Virus record (IMG/VR): IMGVR_UViG_3300007778_000028
Span: 1-27,329 of that record
From: a virus
Lineage: Duplodnaviria; Caudoviricetes
Reading direction: 5' to 3' (one strand)
DNA length: 27,329 bases
Both the position numbers and the translations under genes were made by a program. The notes under the pieces were generated by a model. The model was not told the DNA's origin and made no database searches. It was given only the letters and a program-made list of their open reading frames with translations. Shown here piece by piece: positions 24,425-27,329 of the stretch; the stretch's first letter is position 1, and every line of letters begins with the position of its first letter.

Positions 24425-26269
24425 TCACCATTCAAATGAATCGCCTTGCGCGCTTGCGATCATGTCGTAGACAGATCCGCTTGATCCTACGGATTCAAGT
24501 GCGTTCAAGAAATCAGACGTCGCTGTTGACGCTGCAAAATCATCCATGTGCGCTTTCGCGACTGACATAGATCCTGCAACGGCATCGGTTAAGTCTTTCG
24601 AGCCGATATCGGGGTGATCAATCTTTTTGTCATTCTCGTTCAAGAATTCCAGTTCTTTGCGAAGCAACGGGTGCTTAGGCAAACTGACACGATCTGTCAG
24701 AATCGCTTGCTTGAGCGCCAGATATGCATCTTTCGTCCTATCAACTGAGACGAGCTGCGTTTCAAAGCCAGCTAGCATTAAGTCTTGACGCAAATTAGAC
24801 GACTGATAGCCGTCCGTAGAGATTACGCCGATAGGATAGCCCTCAACACGCAAGTCAATCATCAGCTGCTTGATCTTGTAGATCGCAACTTCCTGACCGA
24901 CAGGTGCTTTTAGACTTAATACCCACTCAACAACAAATCGTGGCTCTCGACTCACCTCTTCACGCCCCGTGGTTGGGTTAAACGACTTCACAGTCACAAA
25001 CCCATCCAAACGAGTCGCAGCGATACCAGTTTTGTCTTGAGACAAGCCTAAGTCGATGTGTATGTAACGCTGGCGTTGGTCACTAAGTAGCAAATCAGTT
25101 TTGATGTAAGGCAACAGCTGTTGCTTTTGATCAAAGAAGTCGAGCGTCACCAATTCTTTGGTTACTGCGTTATCTCGATTAAGCGCCTGATCGATTTTTG
25201 CGATTGACTTGATAAAGCGTCGTGAACTCACAGTCGATACGCCTGCGATATCACGCAGCGAATTGTAGATGTCAGTCTCGAACTGCGTCCGGTACTCGAC
25301 CGGCACGGTGATTAAATTGTCGGAGTCAATCCCAGCAACTTGCTCAGGTGCTTCGACGATGAACGGGTCTTGAGAGCTATCTCCTCGAAACACTTCAAAC
25401 GTGTCACCTGAATAGATACCGCTGTGCGCCTTCACCACCCAGACTGGGTAGTCGTACACGCGAATTCCCTTCAAACCTGCTTGCTCGCTGGCTTTTAAAT
25501 GCTCTTCGATAAAAGAGTCGTCGTCAGTTTTGGACGAATCCAGCCAGACGTGAGACGGCAATGAGCCGCCTGACGCCATAAATCGGGACTGCATTCGACG
25601 CATAATGTTGGTGAAGTTATCTTTTGCCTGCCCTTTTACCTTCGTCTGAAAGTTAAGCTCCGACAAAATGGCACCGACGATTGCACGACCGAGTACGTGT
25701 GATGAGCGCGAACCGGAAACGATATCGACGTTTTTAGGGAACAAGGTTTTGGCTTTCACCTTACCACGTTGATTGCTCTTCATTAGATCTTTGAAGTATG
25801 GACTGGTGTTTAGCCAGTCCATCAGCTGCTCAAACAAGACGTCTTTACTGAGTCCGAGCGTGGCGTTCATCAGCGCGTACGCGATAACGGTTGAGTCAAG
25901 CAACTTAAAATGCTCTTGCGGATTGCGTAAATGCAGGATTTTGCAGAGATCATACAGCGTCCCAACTAGTGAAAACGTTGTTTTACCGACACCAATCGCA
26001 CCACTGATTACAATCTCGACATAAGGCGAGTAATACGGATTTGGGTAAATCTCCTGCAACGCCTCGCGCCATGTCGGAAAAAGCGAGTTGCCGATGACCG
26101 GCTTCATAAACTCCGCGTCATCTAAGAATTCTGTGATTGTTGGCGGGGCTTCCTCATAACCAGAAGCGCGCGCCAAAATATTCATCGCTTCTTTCTGACC
26201 ATACTTAGCGATCAGCTCTTGTATAAACTGATCTTGTCGAGCCTTTTGAGCTGATTGAGCTTGTGTCAT
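24425..26269 (-). CDS. terL: Terminase large subunit
   Basis: Walker A GAIGVGKT, Walker B AILSE, RNase H-fold nuclease IHIDLG...STDGYQS...IDHP..GSKDLTDAV; start moved to ATG 26269. Confidence 0.92.
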   Translation of the reverse strand: MTQAQSAQKARQDQFIQELIAKYGQKEAMNILARASGYEEAPPTITEFLDDAEFMKPVIGNSLFPTWREALQEIYPNPYYSPYVEIVISGAIGVGKTTFSLVGTLYDLCKILHLRNPQEHFKLLDSTVIAYALMNATLGLSKDVLFEQLMDWLNTSPYFKDLMKSNQRGKVKAKTLFPKNVDIVSGSRSSHVLGRAIVGAILSELNFQTKVKGQAKDNFTNIMRRMQSRFMASGGSLPSHVWLDSSKTDDDSFIEEHLKASEQAGLKGIRVYDYPVWVVKAHSGIYSGDTFEVFRGDSSQDPFIVEAPEQVAGIDSDNLITVPVEYRTQFETDIYNSLRDIAGVSTVSSRRFIKSIAKIDQALNRDNAVTKELVTLDFFDQKQQLLPYIKTDLLLSDQRQRYIHIDLGLSQDKTGIAATRLDGFVTVKSFNPTTGREEVSREPRFVVEWVLSLKAPVGQEVAIYKIKQLMIDLRVEGYPIGVISTDGYQSSNLRQDLMLAGFETQLVSVDRTKDAYLALKQAILTDRVSLPKHPLLRKELEFLNENDKKIDHPDIGSKDLTDAVAGSMSVAKAHMDDFAASTATSDFLNALESVGSSGSVYDMIASAQGDSFEW

Positions 26270-26280
26270 ACGGTCACCCG

Positions 26281-26856
26281 TCAATTTTTAAGCTTCGCCA
26301 TTTCTGCCAGCAATGCACTTGCGATCTCGGCGGTGCTCTCACCCTGACGCGCTGTGTCAGTTGATTCAGACTTCGCCATTGTCATAAGATCTAACTCAAT
26401 TTTCTCCCAGTCTGCGGCTTTGACTGCACCTTTCACGTACGCCGCTGCGTCATTCATCGACTCAACACCGAGTCGGTACACGTCTATCAGCTTCCGCGCG
26501 TCTAACTCGCGCAGCGTTTCATCTGAAAAGACGCGCTGTTCAAGCTGGTACACCAAGCCCGAAAGCTGCGAAAGTCGAAGTGCCTGCACTTCTGCTAACC
26601 CGAGCAAAACGAGGTTCAAACCCAACTCTTTACTTCGCCAAGCCGTGTCTGAAGTCTGTTCTCTGTCGACTAGCTTGATCGCTGTACTCATCGTCGTGTT
26701 TGAGTAGTCGTCAGTCAAAATCGTCTTCGACTGATCAGATTGGTGAACAAACGGTGCCTCATACTGACGATCATCATAATCTGCGTCGTCAGCTAGATCA
26801 TCTATCGACGGGACGCTCAGACTGCGAAGGTCATCATCATTACTACTACTGCTCAT
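26281..26856 (-). CDS. Putative terminase small subunit
   Basis: Helical ~190-aa ORF immediately upstream of terL; ATG 26856 with GGAG RBS. Assignment is by synteny only. Confidence 0.5.
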   Translation of the reverse strand: MSSSSNDDDLRSLSVPSIDDLADDADYDDRQYEAPFVHQSDQSKTILTDDYSNTTMSTAIKLVDREQTSDTAWRSKELGLNLVLLGLAEVQALRLSQLSGLVYQLEQRVFSDETLRELDARKLIDVYRLGVESMNDAAAYVKGAVKAADWEKIELDLMTMAKSESTDTARQGESTAEIASALLAEMAKLKN

Positions 26857-27057
26857 ATCAACTCCACTCATCTGCGGTAACACCGCCTCAATTACTGCGT
26901 TTTTCTCGCTTTATACCCATTTAGGCAACTTACCCCCCAGTAGCGACGAATGGCGCTGTTATAGGGTAAAAAAAGTCAAAAAAAATGATTTTTTATCGTT
27001 TCAAAGACTGAAGCAGGGCAAGTGGTATGAGATTTGCTTAGAGAGCAGAGAGAAAAA

Positions 27058-27155
27058 GGTATCAAAACGCCATGTATATATATTACTAACATATAAAGAT
27101 ATAAATATTTATATCTATAGTATATATAACCAAATGTACATGGCGTTTTGATACC
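27058..27155. repeat. Concentric inverted repeat: 19-bp arms around a 20-bp perfect AT-rich palindrome
   Basis: GGTATCAAAACGCCATGTA (27058-27076) / TACATGGCGTTTTGATACC (27137-27155) and AGATATAAATATTTATATCT (27097-27116) share the same centre, 27106/27107. Confidence 0.92.
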
Positions 27156-27329
27156 CTTTCGGTTAGTCTGATGAACCTGATAGGAAAACAAAAAAAATAT
27201 GACAGTCACTCGCATACACAAAAGCAACACTGGACATAACAGTGTCACATCTCAGCTAGATGGAATACTGTCATTAGTACTGTCTGAATCAGAGGGACTT
27301 GGTACTGTGTACCAAATCGGTCAGCGTAC

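Noticed and set aside
24425-26269. Intein or intron in terminase (also considered for portal and capsid)
   Set aside because: The ORFs are contiguous and of ordinary length, with no splicing or LAGLIDADG motifs seen.
26281-26340. Leader-like EIASALLAEM at the C-terminus of the putative small terminase
   Set aside because: A generic amphipathic helix, too weak to count as the motif.
26976-27248. 90-aa minus-strand ORF
   Set aside because: It spans the AT-rich palindrome, has atypical composition and no clear RBS; probably non-coding.

Overview
This window is the head-morphogenesis and DNA-packaging region of a large T4-like (myovirus/jumbo-type) bacteriophage, with essentially all real genes on the minus strand. 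Read in transcription order (right to left): an AT-rich concentric palindrome, putative small terminase, large terminase, small accessory/lysis genes (GIY-YIG, secreted protein, Zn-binding protein, 3TM holin), portal, RuvC-like resolvase, a basic core protein, a prohead protease fused to a long scaffold, a structured intergenic leader and a gp23-like major capsid protein. A ~14 kb accessory array follows, with a SWIM protein, a gp68-like core protein and a gp13-like neck protein near its far end. The main unexplained signal is in that array: about 15 otherwise unrelated proteins begin with a shared short leader, either M-[ST]-L-A-x-x-[LI]-L-x-x-L-x-E or the tighter [KA]-x-L-M-[GS]-x(2-3)-E-[HN]-Y-R-P, followed by hydrophobic-x-Glu sites. 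The leader resembles the C-terminus of the scaffold, and several of the proteins look like polyproteins joined by acidic linkers. I infer a capsid-targeting, protease-matured cargo system. Candidate cargo includes a RelA/SpoT-like synthetase, two ParB/Srx proteins, a RegB/RelE-like and a LETM1-like domain. Leaderless genes (HD alarmone-hydrolase-like, esterase + tRNA-Thr, a hypothetical) are interleaved behind their own sigma70 promoters, which share a CAGCGTR box. All family assignments are from motif recognition by eye; no searches were run.
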